Source of the DNA: a bacterium
Lineage (GTDB): Bacteria; Bdellovibrionota_C; UBA2361; RFPC01
Assembly (NCBI GenBank): GCA_030431715.1
Contig: JAUIIO010000005.1
Location: forward strand, 17,542-81,541
DNA: 64,000 nt
Direction: 5' to 3'
Part shown: positions 19,945 to 29,838 of the stretch, one piece after another
Numbering within the stretch: position 1 is the first letter of the stretch
How the letters are laid out: every line of letters begins with the position of its first letter
The notes under the pieces: generated by a model
What the model was told of the DNA's origin: nothing
Databases searched by the model: none
Seen by the model: only the letters and a program-made list of their open reading frames with translations
Position numbers and translations under genes: made by a program

Positions 19945-21081
19945 ATGCATGGTAAGACTAAAACACTCCATTCTATCTTCTTTGTTATCTGTGTAATCAC
20001 TCCATTGAGTGCTCTCTGTGAAAGATATCTCTCTAGTGATACTGGTCTCGCCTTTGAAGAGTCCGCAAATTTGCGAGTTGCAGCCTCTAACAGCTTCGGA
20101 GATTTCATACTGCAGGTAAATAACACAAATCAGTATCTCTATTACCGAAGTGGGGAGGGGGAGTCGCCTCTCCCTTATTATTCAGGGGAAACGCTCATTT
20201 CTGTTGCTTTAAGCGATGATGATCGTATAGCCCTTGTTCTTAGTGAGGGAGACGAAGGTGAAACGATACTGAGGGTTGCTGACGCCAGCGGCACTATTCT
20301 TGAGACGTATCAGGTTGAAGACGTTAGTACCGAAGATCTACAAATAACTTCATTTTCTAAAGTTTTTTTTCGGCCTGATAATGTTCTCGGAGCCCTAGCA
20401 ATTTCAGCTGGAGAAAGCATATTCGATGCCACATACGTTGTTATCCCTTCGCTGGCAATGCCACACGCACAAGTCACGTCCTACGGATTTTCGTTTAGTT
20501 ACGTTGGAGCAGATAGCGATAGCTCTATGTACCTGAATAGATGTCTTGTCAGTGGACATTCAGTTTGCGGAGTGTCTCGTCTTGATGGAACAGACTATTT
20601 GCGGCTTCCACAGCCTGGCGGTGCAAGGGGGGCAAGGCTCTCGCTTGTGTGTAAGAATGGTAACTACATCGCTCAGCCTTATCCCTATGGTCCGAATTAT
20701 TACTACCGTAAGAAAGGAGAGGGAGACTATGCCGTGTATAAGCTCGCTCCTGGAAAAAGAACTCGCTTCTTTCGAAAAGCCTCGAATCAAACAGTCACTA
20801 TAGCTGATATGAATTCTTTCAGGACTCTCCTAAGAGTAACTTCAAGATTTAAGCGCGGAAGACTAACTCGACCAGCGATAGGTTCTGCGAAACGTCCTAA
20901 TCATCGTGGGAAAGTCAGATTGCTGAGTAGAATCACCTTTGGGCTATCACCTGACTGTAAGATGGTCGATCCCCTTAAGATATTTGTATCTGGAGAAATA
21001 CTTACTACGGCTCTCTGTAAACAAAACGATGAGAGAGTCATGAAGGTCTTACGCTTAGACGTGCTCCTTGAGCAACAATAA
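19945..21081 (+). CDS. Secreted hypothetical protein, acidic N-half and basic C-half, beta-rich
   Basis: GGAGG RBS, signal peptide, 378-aa ORF. Confidence 0.65.
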   Translation: MHGKTKTLHSIFFVICVITPLSALCERYLSSDTGLAFEESANLRVAASNSFGDFILQVNNTNQYLYYRSGEGESPLPYYSGETLISVALSDDDRIALVLSEGDEGETILRVADASGTILETYQVEDVSTEDLQITSFSKVFFRPDNVLGALAISAGESIFDATYVVIPSLAMPHAQVTSYGFSFSYVGADSDSSMYLNRCLVSGHSVCGVSRLDGTDYLRLPQPGGARGARLSLVCKNGNYIAQPYPYGPNYYYRKKGEGDYAVYKLAPGKRTRFFRKASNQTVTIADMNSFRTLLRVTSRFKRGRLTRPAIGSAKRPNHRGKVRLLSRITFGLSPDCKMVDPLKIFVSGEILTTALCKQNDERVMKVLRLDVLLEQQ

Positions 21082-21091
21082 AGGCCAGAGC

Positions 21092-22501
21092 TTACGCTTC
21101 GTATATTCTTCGAGTGAGTACCGAATCTTTGAGTATGCGAAGCGCACCCTTGTCAGATCCCGAGAACCGTCCAATTTTTACCGGACCGTTTTCAAGCGCA
21201 AGTACTCCTCGTGGGCATACAGCCGCACAGACGCCACATCCAACACACGAGGCGCGTACGATATTTTCTCCGCGCTGAGCATACGCTTTTACATCAATTC
21301 CCATTTCGCAGTAGGTAGAGCAGTTTCCACAAGAGATACACTGACCACCATTAACCGTAATGCGAAATCTTGAAAAACAACGCTGGAAGATTCCAAGTAT
21401 CGCTGCCATTGGACAACCAAAACGACACCAGACTCGACTTCCAAGAAGTGGATAAAATCCGACACCGATAACCCCGGAGAAAATAGCACCTATGTAGAGT
21501 CCGTACAGTGATTTTGCTGAATAAGTCCAGCCTCCTAAGAGCGATCTTCCTGCATACTCATTTGCCCAGAGAAGTACTGTAATAAGAATGATAATGACTA
21601 AGATAGAGTGTATAAGCCATCGTTCAAGGATCCAAGCTCGCTCCGACTTGCTTGAAAGATGCCTGAAAGGATCTCCAGCTGTTTCAGCTAAGCCACCACA
21701 CCCACATACCCACGAACAGTACCAGCGTTTTCCAAAAAAGTACGTTAGAACTGGAGTGGCAATAAGCGCCATGACCGCACCCCAGAAGAACATAAATACT
21801 CCAACTCCTCCGCTCTGGATGAGTGAGTGTGCACTGTCTGGAAAGAGGTAGTCGTACTTCAGAGGCCAGAAATAGGTAAAGTAAAATTCAGGTTGTTGAA
21901 GCTTTCTTAAAAAAGCAGGGAGAAGAAATGCGAGTCCAAGTTGGCAGAACATTACAGAAAGTGTTCGTAAGATGTGATAGCGATTATGGCGATACCGGTA
22001 GAGCATTCGTATTCCCATAATGAGAATAGCAGAGGTGTAAAGGCTGCCGTATAAGAACCACTGATCTGCGGGAGCGTTTGCAAGAAGTCTGGCGAGAGGA
22101 TCGACGATATCTATCCATGGGGCAAAAAGTGGTAGAAAGCCAGCTGCTGTGAGGTCCTGATAGAAATAAAGATACACATAAAAAGCAGTGATAAGCACCC
22201 CGAGTATCCATGCTCCAATTCCACGTGAAGAGATTCCCTGTGTTTGTGTCCCGTTGTGTTTGATGCCGGGTGTGGTGCCAGTATAAAGGGAGGCTATCCA
22301 TCCAATTGCAGAAAGTGTTGTAAGACCAAATGTCAGTAACAGTGGTAAATAGGAGGGGGCTACCGACTGAAAGAACTCATAAAGTCGTGGACAGAGAGAC
22401 GCAAAAAAAAGAAGAAGCCCAATATAGGTGCCGATGCGAAAGAGAGTCGTCGTGGCGTGACGGGACTTTGGATTTGAAGAATGTATTTGAACGAGGCTCA
22501 T
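21092..22501 (-). CDS. Membrane 4Fe-4S binding protein (NapH/MauN-like)
   Basis: RWYCSWVCGCG, VWCRFGCP, CISCGNCSTYC, CVGCGVCAAVCP; many TM segments. Confidence 0.9.
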   Translation of the reverse strand: MSLVQIHSSNPKSRHATTTLFRIGTYIGLLLFFASLCPRLYEFFQSVAPSYLPLLLTFGLTTLSAIGWIASLYTGTTPGIKHNGTQTQGISSRGIGAWILGVLITAFYVYLYFYQDLTAAGFLPLFAPWIDIVDPLARLLANAPADQWFLYGSLYTSAILIMGIRMLYRYRHNRYHILRTLSVMFCQLGLAFLLPAFLRKLQQPEFYFTYFWPLKYDYLFPDSAHSLIQSGGVGVFMFFWGAVMALIATPVLTYFFGKRWYCSWVCGCGGLAETAGDPFRHLSSKSERAWILERWLIHSILVIIILITVLLWANEYAGRSLLGGWTYSAKSLYGLYIGAIFSGVIGVGFYPLLGSRVWCRFGCPMAAILGIFQRCFSRFRITVNGGQCISCGNCSTYCEMGIDVKAYAQRGENIVRASCVGCGVCAAVCPRGVLALENGPVKIGRFSGSDKGALRILKDSVLTRRIYEA

Positions 22502-23772
22502 CTGAGCTCCTCCGCAAAAGCTGCCACGATCTCTGGCTCAAACCGCTTTGAGAATTCAGGATCAAAGTTTGCCTCTCCAAGTAACGGCAGTACTTCCTTT
22601 ACGGAGAGCTTCTGCTTAATCCACTCTTCGCAGGTTCGGTGTCGATATCGAATGCCCATAAGGTTGACGCCAATAAGAGCGCCACCGCGTTCAACAAGTC
22701 TCAAGCTGTGCAGTCCATTTTTTGAGCACCAGTAGTAATGGGTATCGTCCGGGTTCTGCTTCTGAACGGTCCCATATACCTGATATTCAAGGTCAAGAAA
22801 CTTTGCCGAGTTGTAGAAAATTCCGGGATCGTATGTGACTCGTTCACCGGTAAGATTTCTTGCTAACGTTTCTCCTTGAAATTTTCCGGTATACCAGATG
22901 GATTCCACTCTGCTACTGCCCTCAACCTCATTTTGAATCTCAGCGCAATCTCCACATGCGTATATATTTGGAATGCGAGTTTCTAAGTATTGGTTTACCA
23001 AAATCCCTTTATGCGTAGGTATCGAGGCAGCTTGGGCTAGTGTCTTATTGGGGTGAACTCCGGGAGTAAGTCCAACGATCTGACATGAGATTTCCCTTCC
23101 GTCCTCGGTAACGATAGCTCTTACTCGGCCAGTACTGTCAGGCAATATCTCTGCTAGGAGCGAAGAGGGGACAATCTCCATATTCTCTGCCCGGATAACG
23201 TGATTAATCATCTGAGATTCTTCATCAGGAAGAACGCTATTCCAGTAAGAGCATTCCCGAATAAGAAAGGTCACATGAATTCCCCTTGAGTGGAGCATTT
23301 CACCGAGCTCTATACCTATGAGCCCACCTCCAACAATGACTGCTGAAGAGGCATTAGGTACAAGCTGTTCAAGTTTTTCTAGATCTTGGAGGTTGTAAAG
23401 TCCGAGCACACCTGTGAGATCTTCACCGGGCCATCCAAAAGTGTTCGATTTTGATCCGGTAGCTAAAACGAGTTTGTCGTAAGAAAATGCGGTGCCGCTG
23501 GCAAGGCGAACTTTTTGGTCGCTCGAATCGATCTCTTCCACGTATCCGTGAACGAGCTCTATTTTTTTCTTCTCCCAAAACGTGGGCGGATAGGGCATCG
23601 TGTCGCGAAACTTCAAGTGCCCCATGAAGATATACATCAGCGCGGGTCTTGAGTAATGGTACTTTGATTCTGATGAGATAACGGTAATACGAACGCGCGG
23701 ATCTCTCGCTCGCACCTCTAGTGCTGTAGTGATTCCAGCAATTCCGTTGCCGATAATGACCAGTCTTTCCAA
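22498..23772 (-). CDS. NAD(P)/FAD-dependent oxidoreductase (rubredoxin/ferredoxin reductase-like)
   Basis: IIGNGIAG, YDKLVLATGS, VGGGLIGIE, IYACGDCAE; 4-nt overlap with the Fe-S gene. Confidence 0.92.
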   Translation of the reverse strand: MERLVIIGNGIAGITTALEVRARDPRVRITVISSESKYHYSRPALMYIFMGHLKFRDTMPYPPTFWEKKKIELVHGYVEEIDSSDQKVRLASGTAFSYDKLVLATGSKSNTFGWPGEDLTGVLGLYNLQDLEKLEQLVPNASSAVIVGGGLIGIELGEMLHSRGIHVTFLIRECSYWNSVLPDEESQMINHVIRAENMEIVPSSLLAEILPDSTGRVRAIVTEDGREISCQIVGLTPGVHPNKTLAQAASIPTHKGILVNQYLETRIPNIYACGDCAEIQNEVEGSSRVESIWYTGKFQGETLARNLTGERVTYDPGIFYNSAKFLDLEYQVYGTVQKQNPDDTHYYWCSKNGLHSLRLVERGGALIGVNLMGIRYRHRTCEEWIKQKLSVKEVLPLLGEANFDPEFSKRFEPEIVAAFAEELR

Positions 23773-23880
23773 GCTCTCTCCTCGCTACTTTCTTTACGTT
23801 TGTAGCATTGGGGAGGATTTTGTTACAGATTATTTTCAGAGGGCGCTGAATAGGAGTATGTATGTTGATTCAAAAGATAA

Positions 23881-23951
23881 AAACACAGGAGCCCGCGGAG
23901 CTCGCGGAGGGGGAATTGTCCTCTCCGTGCTCTCCGCGGGCTCCTGTGTTT
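23881..23951. repeat. 9-nt-periodic palindrome, GC-rich CGCGGAG variant; probable terminator
   Basis: Perfect 20-bp IR AAACACAGGAGCCCGCGGAG (23881-23900 / 23932-23951). Confidence 0.85.
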
Positions 23952-23990
23952 ATTATTTTTGGAGTAAGAGTTGTTTTAGTTATGTAGTAA

Positions 23991-24695
23991 CTAGAATCTT
24001 ACACCAAGTGCCAGAGAAGCTTTCTGGTTTACTTCAGTGTCTTCATCAACCATCATTACACGGTAATCAGGCTTAAAGAACACTTGCTCAGAGATGTTCA
24101 TGAAGGCACCGGCACCAGCAGCAGCATAGAGTGCTGTGTGGTCACCGTCTTCGAGCTTGTCTCTATAGTGCTTAAGTCCACCACCAAGTGTTAGGTAAGG
24201 ATCAAATCCTTCTTCCTCGTCGGTGAGGTGAAAGAGAAAATCAGCGAAGTAGTCAAATACTTGAGTATCCTGAGGAAGTCTGTATGCGCCCGGGTTTGGA
24301 TGCTCTCGGTTACGGACTCTTCCACTGTATGCAGCACCGAACTCAAAACTTGTATAGTCAAGCATGCGGTAGAAACCGATTTTAAGTTCAGGAGCCATAA
24401 GGTGGTTAAGAACAGTCTCGTCTTTCTCCATGAATACATAACTGGCACCAACAGTAGCGTACAGTGGGTATTCACACTCATCTTCTTCGATAACTATTGG
24501 AGTAACTGGTTCTGGCTCAATTATCTCAACAGGGATTGGCTTAGGTTGCGCTCTTGGAGGAGCCACGTAACATGGATCTCCTGGTAAGCATCCATCTCCA
24601 ACGAGAGGAGGAAGTGCAGCTGCCGGCGCTGAAAGACTAACAATTGCAATGGCACAGCTAAATGCGTATGCGATAGATGAGGTTATTTTTTTCAT
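23991..24695 (-). CDS. Outer-membrane beta-barrel protein (OmpA-like barrel) with Pro-rich N-terminal extension
   Basis: Signal peptide, DPYLTLGGG, C-terminal LALGVRF. Confidence 0.8.
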   Translation of the reverse strand: MKKITSSIAYAFSCAIAIVSLSAPAAALPPLVGDGCLPGDPCYVAPPRAQPKPIPVEIIEPEPVTPIVIEEDECEYPLYATVGASYVFMEKDETVLNHLMAPELKIGFYRMLDYTSFEFGAAYSGRVRNREHPNPGAYRLPQDTQVFDYFADFLFHLTDEEEGFDPYLTLGGGLKHYRDKLEDGDHTALYAAAGAGAFMNISEQVFFKPDYRVMMVDEDTEVNQKASLALGVRF

Positions 24696-24860
24696 TTCTT
24701 AACTCCGTTTTAGTATGAGTTCGCTATCTCATAAACGCTGTTATAGTATGTCACTGTCGATTCTTAGTAAAGAAATTCGAAAGGTTTCTACTGCTGAGTT
24801 GGATAGGGGGGGTGTGTGCCCATTATGTCTAGTAAAATCAAACAGATATGGTGATTTGCT

Positions 24861-25892
24861 GTGATGGAGAAGCGAATGCCGCTTATAGAACTTACTGAGC
24901 GAGGAATATACTGTAGTGTCGGCGATTTCTACATTGATCCAAGTCGTCCTGTAAAAAAGGCTATCATTACCCACGCCCACAGTGATCACGCACGACCGGG
25001 AAGTAAGGCATACCTGTGTGCTGAGTCTTGTCGCGAGCTTCTAGCTCTTCGTTTGCAAAAGGGGGCAACGATTGAAACAGTCCGATTTGGGGACGAGATT
25101 CAGATTGGAGACGCTACGGTATCACTTCACCCAGCGGGCCATATTCTGGGCTCCTCTCAGATAAGAATTGAGCACGGTGGAAACGTTTGCGTGGTAAGCG
25201 GCGATTACAAGTTACAGCAAGATCATAGCTGTGAAGCATTTGAACCAGTGCGGTGTGATCACTTTGTAACAGAGGCTACTTTTGCGTTACCTCTTTATCG
25301 ATGGGAAGCCGAGGAAAACGTTTTTAAAGATATACACACGTGGTGGCAAAGGAACCAACAAGAGTCAAGGACAAGTATCATCTACGCATATGCACTTGGC
25401 AAAACCCAGCGGATACTTGCTGGTCTTCATTCTGATATCGGTCCAATTGGATTACACGGATCAGCTTTGCAGTTTCTTGCTCCCTATAAGAATCAAGGAG
25501 TGAAATTTCCATCAGTCTTGAGTGCCAATGCAACAAACGCTGATGCCTTGAGATCAAAAGGACTTGTCCTTGCTCCGCCATCTGCAATGAAAGAGTCGTG
25601 GCTTAAGAAATTTGGCGCGTGCTCAGAAGCGTTTGCCTCAGGGTGGATGCAAGTGCGTGGCAAGCGCCGCATGCGAGCACTCGATCGCGGTTTCGTAATA
25701 AGCGATCATGTTGATTGGGACGGAATCCTTGAGACAATTGAAGCCACCGGAGCTCAACACATTACAGCAACACACGGAGATAGTGCGGTACTCGTTCGTT
25801 ATCTCCAAGAGAAGGGATATCGTGCCGATGCCCTAGAGATTACTGATAGAGCTCCAACTTCTAGCTTCTCGAATGAGGCAGATAGCGTATGA
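24861..25892 (+). CDS. Ligase-associated DNA damage response exonuclease (metallo-beta-lactamase fold)
   Basis: ITHAHSDHARPG, HPAGHILGS, VSGDYK, TEATFALP, ASGWM, SDHVDW. Confidence 0.92.
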   Translation: MMEKRMPLIELTERGIYCSVGDFYIDPSRPVKKAIITHAHSDHARPGSKAYLCAESCRELLALRLQKGATIETVRFGDEIQIGDATVSLHPAGHILGSSQIRIEHGGNVCVVSGDYKLQQDHSCEAFEPVRCDHFVTEATFALPLYRWEAEENVFKDIHTWWQRNQQESRTSIIYAYALGKTQRILAGLHSDIGPIGLHGSALQFLAPYKNQGVKFPSVLSANATNADALRSKGLVLAPPSAMKESWLKKFGACSEAFASGWMQVRGKRRMRALDRGFVISDHVDWDGILETIEATGAQHITATHGDSAVLVRYLQEKGYRADALEITDRAPTSSFSNEADSV

Positions 25893-27496
25893 AGGCCTTT
25901 ACCGATCTCTATCTTGAGCTCGATCTTTCCCAGGGCACAAAACAAAAAGTCTCTGCGCTTAAAGAGTATTTCTTAGAGACTCCACCTGAAGATGCGGTAC
26001 ATGCTCTGGCTTTTCTGAGCGGGAAACGCCCCTCTCGAGTAGTGAAGACGACACAGCTACGTGAGTGGATGGCGGAATTTTCCGGGTATCCACTGTGGCT
26101 TGTTGAGGAGTGCTATGACCATGCTGGCGATCTTGCAGAGACGCTTTCACTTCTTAAAAAACCTCCTTCGCAAATAAAGGAGTACTCTCTTGGGTCTATG
26201 GTAAATGAGATCTTGCTCCCTATGCAGAATCTTGAAGATGGCGAGAAAAAGCGCCGAGTGTTTGAGCTCTGGGATTCTCTCGGGAGACATGAGAGTTTTG
26301 TTTTTCACAAGCTACTTACTGGCGGCTTTCGAGTTGGCGTAGCGAAAAATCTTGTGATACGGGGATTATCAGTAGCCTATAACCTGCCTGAAGCCATCCT
26401 TGCGCACCGTATGGCAGGAGAGTGGCCCATAACAGCTCAGTTTTTTGAAAAACTAGTATCTCCAGAGCAAGGTGAAGAGATCTCTCCGGGACAGCCTTAT
26501 CCTTTTTTCCTAGCGCACGCTCTTACCGAGTCAGAGGAGCAGGAATTGAGAAAAGAGATAAAGGATCTTGTATTTGAGTGGAAATGGGACGGGATACGCG
26601 GCCAGCTTATTAAGCGTGCCGGTGAGGTTATGATCTGGTCGAGAGGGGATGAGGCAGTGACAGAGAGTTTTCCAGAAATTGCAGACTCTGCGTCGTCGTT
26701 ACCAGATGGAACCGTTCTTGATGGAGAGATCCTTGCATGGAAGCAGGGAGCTCCCTTGAGCTTCTTTGATCTTCAAAGGCGGCTTGGTCGTAAATCAGTG
26801 GGTAAAAAGTTACTTACTGAGGTGCCAGTCAAATTTATTGCATACGATCTCCTTGAGGATGAAGGGCGAGATATGCGTGAGGTTCCGCTACGTCAACGAA
26901 GAGAGCGCTTACAGAATGTGGTTGCATCACCTTTAGCGGATGAGAGTTTCTGTATCAATCTATCGCACTCGCTTGATGTCCAGCATTGGTCAGATGTTCA
27001 ACGCTTCAGGGAACAAGCAAGAGAAGAGCAGAGAGAGGGGATAATGATAAAGCGTTTAAGCTCTTCATACGGATCTGGGCGTAAGAAGGGAGCATGGTGG
27101 AAGTGGAAAGTGGAACCGTACACCTTTGATGCGGTGCTTCTCTATGCGCAAAAGGGGCATGGTCGAAGAGCAGGGGTTTATACTGACTATACATTTGCTG
27201 TCTGGGACAATGATGGAAATCTCGTTCCGGTTACAAAAGCGTATTCCGGGCTTACTGATGCAGATTTTCGTAAAGTTGATGCGTTTATTCGCAAGAACAC
27301 GGTAGATCGATTTGGCCCAGTGCGATCCGTGAAGCCCCAGCTTGTATTTGAGCTGGCGTTTGAAGGGGTTCGAGAGTCGTCGCGCCATAAGTCAGGTATT
27401 GCCATGCGTTTTCCGAGAATGAAGCGTCTTCGTGAGGATAAGACGCCAAGAGAAGTAGATTCACTCCGCTCACTTCAAAAGCTCATAAAAAAATAG
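25889..27496 (+). CDS. ATP-dependent DNA ligase (ligase-associated damage-response type)
   Basis: EWKWDGIR, VLDGE, EGIMIK, WWKWK, YAQ.GHGRR, DYTF, RFPRM. Confidence 0.95.
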   Translation: MKAFTDLYLELDLSQGTKQKVSALKEYFLETPPEDAVHALAFLSGKRPSRVVKTTQLREWMAEFSGYPLWLVEECYDHAGDLAETLSLLKKPPSQIKEYSLGSMVNEILLPMQNLEDGEKKRRVFELWDSLGRHESFVFHKLLTGGFRVGVAKNLVIRGLSVAYNLPEAILAHRMAGEWPITAQFFEKLVSPEQGEEISPGQPYPFFLAHALTESEEQELRKEIKDLVFEWKWDGIRGQLIKRAGEVMIWSRGDEAVTESFPEIADSASSLPDGTVLDGEILAWKQGAPLSFFDLQRRLGRKSVGKKLLTEVPVKFIAYDLLEDEGRDMREVPLRQRRERLQNVVASPLADESFCINLSHSLDVQHWSDVQRFREQAREEQREGIMIKRLSSSYGSGRKKGAWWKWKVEPYTFDAVLLYAQKGHGRRAGVYTDYTFAVWDNDGNLVPVTKAYSGLTDADFRKVDAFIRKNTVDRFGPVRSVKPQLVFELAFEGVRESSRHKSGIAMRFPRMKRLREDKTPREVDSLRSLQKLIKK

Positions 27497-27552
27497 TTTT
27501 GCCTTTCTTCAAAGCATCGTACGATAGCACCAGTATTTCTTAATGAGGTGTT

Positions 27553-28869
27553 ATGGATAAGAATGATAATAGGAAGAACTACAGTCTCTCTACGCGTTTG
27601 CTCTACGGGAAGATGCAGACGCAAGCTTGGGACTATACCCACCACGTTGTTCCTCCGATTACAATGTCATCTACCTTCCGTCTGAATTCTCCGCAGCGTG
27701 GGGCTGAGGGGTTTAGTGCCATAGGTCAACGCTATCCCGATGATCCCGGAGAGCAAACGTACGTATATGGAAGAATGGGAGAGCCCAACAATGATATGTT
27801 GTCAGATGTGCTGGCTGAAGCTGAAGGGAAGGAGTGCGCCGTGACGTATGCTACAGGCATGGCTGCGATTAATGCCGCCGTGCTCTTCTCGCTACAGGCA
27901 ACATCTGAGGTCATATCGCACAAGACCGTCTACGGCTGCACCTATAGCTTCTTTACAAATTGGATGCCGCGAATGGGTCACAAGGTTACGTTTTGTGATC
28001 TGAGTAATCCAAAGTCATTTGTCGAACATGTTACTGACAGAACACGTCTTCTCTATCTTGAGTCGCCAGCGAATCCAACTCTTGAGCTTCTCGATCTGGA
28101 AGCCATTATGGCCGAGGTGAAGAAGATTAATGCTTCAAGAGGAGAGGACGATAAAATTCTCACCGTAATGGATAATACGTTTGCTACTCCGTTTGGGCAA
28201 AACCCCGCTAAGTACGGCGTCGATCTTATCGTACACAGTTTAACCAAGGCGCTTAGTGGATTCGGTACGGTACTTGGTGGGGCTGTCGTTACTGATAAGA
28301 AATATAAAAATGGACTAACCCTCTTTAGGAAAGATTTTGGGGGATCGCTCTGTCCGTCAACGGCGTGGAATATCTTAGCTCATGGGGTATCAACGCTTTC
28401 GCTCAGGCTCCCAAAACAGCAAGCAAATGCGATGAAAGTCGCTGAGTACCTTGAGGCGCATCCAGATGTTGAGCGTGTGTACTATCCCGGTCTTAAGAGC
28501 TTTCCGCAGTATGACATAGCGCAGCGCATGCTCCGTGATTTTAACGGTAATTTTGCGCCGGGCTTCATGCTCTATTTTACGCTGAAAGCAGAGGATGGTG
28601 ATGCCTCAAAGGTGCGAGGTGAAAAAATGATGACGTACGTGGCAGATAATGCATATGCTATAACCCTCGCTGTGAGTCTTGGGCAGATTCGTACTCTTAT
28701 TGAGCATCCAGGTTCGATGACGCATGCTTCTTATTCTGCCGAAGAGCAGATTAAAATCGGTATGCATCCTGGAGGTATTCGATTAGCGATTGGGATTGAA
28801 GAGGCAGATGATATCATCAAGGATCTTGATGAAGCTCTCATTGCCACAAGAGAATTCGCAAATACATAA
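27553..28869 (+). CDS. megL: Methionine gamma-lyase-like trans-sulfuration PLP enzyme
   Basis: YGCT (MGL-type Cys), ESPANP, DNTFATP, HSLTK, AVSLG, IRLAIGIE. Confidence 0.75.
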   Translation: MDKNDNRKNYSLSTRLLYGKMQTQAWDYTHHVVPPITMSSTFRLNSPQRGAEGFSAIGQRYPDDPGEQTYVYGRMGEPNNDMLSDVLAEAEGKECAVTYATGMAAINAAVLFSLQATSEVISHKTVYGCTYSFFTNWMPRMGHKVTFCDLSNPKSFVEHVTDRTRLLYLESPANPTLELLDLEAIMAEVKKINASRGEDDKILTVMDNTFATPFGQNPAKYGVDLIVHSLTKALSGFGTVLGGAVVTDKKYKNGLTLFRKDFGGSLCPSTAWNILAHGVSTLSLRLPKQQANAMKVAEYLEAHPDVERVYYPGLKSFPQYDIAQRMLRDFNGNFAPGFMLYFTLKAEDGDASKVRGEKMMTYVADNAYAITLAVSLGQIRTLIEHPGSMTHASYSAEEQIKIGMHPGGIRLAIGIEEADDIIKDLDEALIATREFANT

Positions 28870-28893
28870 AGATTTAAACGGCAAAGGATAATT

Positions 28894-29817
28894 ATGAAAG
28901 CTCAAAATATTTTAGAGACAATTGGAAACACTCCGCATGTAAAGCTTAACAAGCTCTTTGGGCCTGAGCATAATGTTTGGATGAAGCTCGAACGAGCAAA
29001 TCCGGGAGGAAGTATTAAGGATCGAATAGGCTTAGCAATGATTGAGGCTGCTGAGAAGTCTGGTGAATTAAAGCCCGGTGCCACTATTGTTGAGCCCACG
29101 TCGGGAAACACTGGAATCGGGCTCGCTATGGCGGCAGCTGTAAAGGGGTATAAGCTTATTCTGGTTATGCCCGAGTCGATGTCTTTAGAGCGACGACGGT
29201 ATATGTATGCATTGGGCGCTGAATTAGATCTTACACCGAAGGAGGGGGGCATTCCGGGAGCGGTAGATCGTGCGTGTCAGCTTGTAGATGAGATTGATGG
29301 CGCATGGATGCCGCAGCAGTTTGTTAACCCTTCAAATGTAGAAATTCATAAAGCAACAACAGCTCAGGAGATTCTTAAGGACTTTCCTGATGGAATTGAT
29401 TACCTGATAACTGGCGTTGGAACTGGTGGTCACCTTACAGGCTGTGCAGAAGTATTAAAGGAAAAGTTTAGTGGGATGAAGGCCTATGCGGTTGAGCCTA
29501 CGCTTTCGCCAGTTATTAGTGGGGGAGAGCCTGGGCCGCATACCATTCAGGGGATTGGTGCTGGATTTATCCCCGAGAACCTACATCTTGATGCTATTGA
29601 TGGAGCTATACAGGTAGATCCCGAAGACGCGAAGGAGTATGCGAGACGAGCTGTAAGAGAAGAGGGCATCTTTCTCGGGATATCTTCTGGCGCCTCGTTA
29701 GCTGCTATTGCCAAAAAGCTTCCAGAAGTACCAGCTGGTAGTACGATCCTTACGTTTTGTTACGATACTGGAGAGAGGTATCTTTCCATTGAAGGGCTTT
29801 TCCCAGAAGGGGCGTGA
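28894..29817 (+). CDS. cysK: Cysteine synthase A
   Basis: [46 protein letters not shown]. Confidence 0.96.
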   Translation: MKAQNILETIGNTPHVKLNKLFGPEHNVWMKLERANPGGSIKDRIGLAMIEAAEKSGELKPGATIVEPTSGNTGIGLAMAAAVKGYKLILVMPESMSLERRRYMYALGAELDLTPKEGGIPGAVDRACQLVDEIDGAWMPQQFVNPSNVEIHKATTAQEILKDFPDGIDYLITGVGTGGHLTGCAEVLKEKFSGMKAYAVEPTLSPVISGGEPGPHTIQGIGAGFIPENLHLDAIDGAIQVDPEDAKEYARRAVREEGIFLGISSGASLAAIAKKLPEVPAGSTILTFCYDTGERYLSIEGLFPEGA

Positions 29818-29838
29818 ACCTCGTTCGATATTTCTTAG

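Noticed and set aside
12760..24695. Intact genomic island integrated at tRNA-Arg
   Set aside because: The 3'-end duplication is only ~90 bp from the tRNA, I found no distal copy or integrase, and the region includes ordinary genes (mscS, miaE).
24861..27496. NHEJ (Ku/LigD) system
   Set aside because: The ligase has no polymerase or phosphoesterase domain and there is no Ku gene; its motifs fit the ligase-associated exonuclease cluster.
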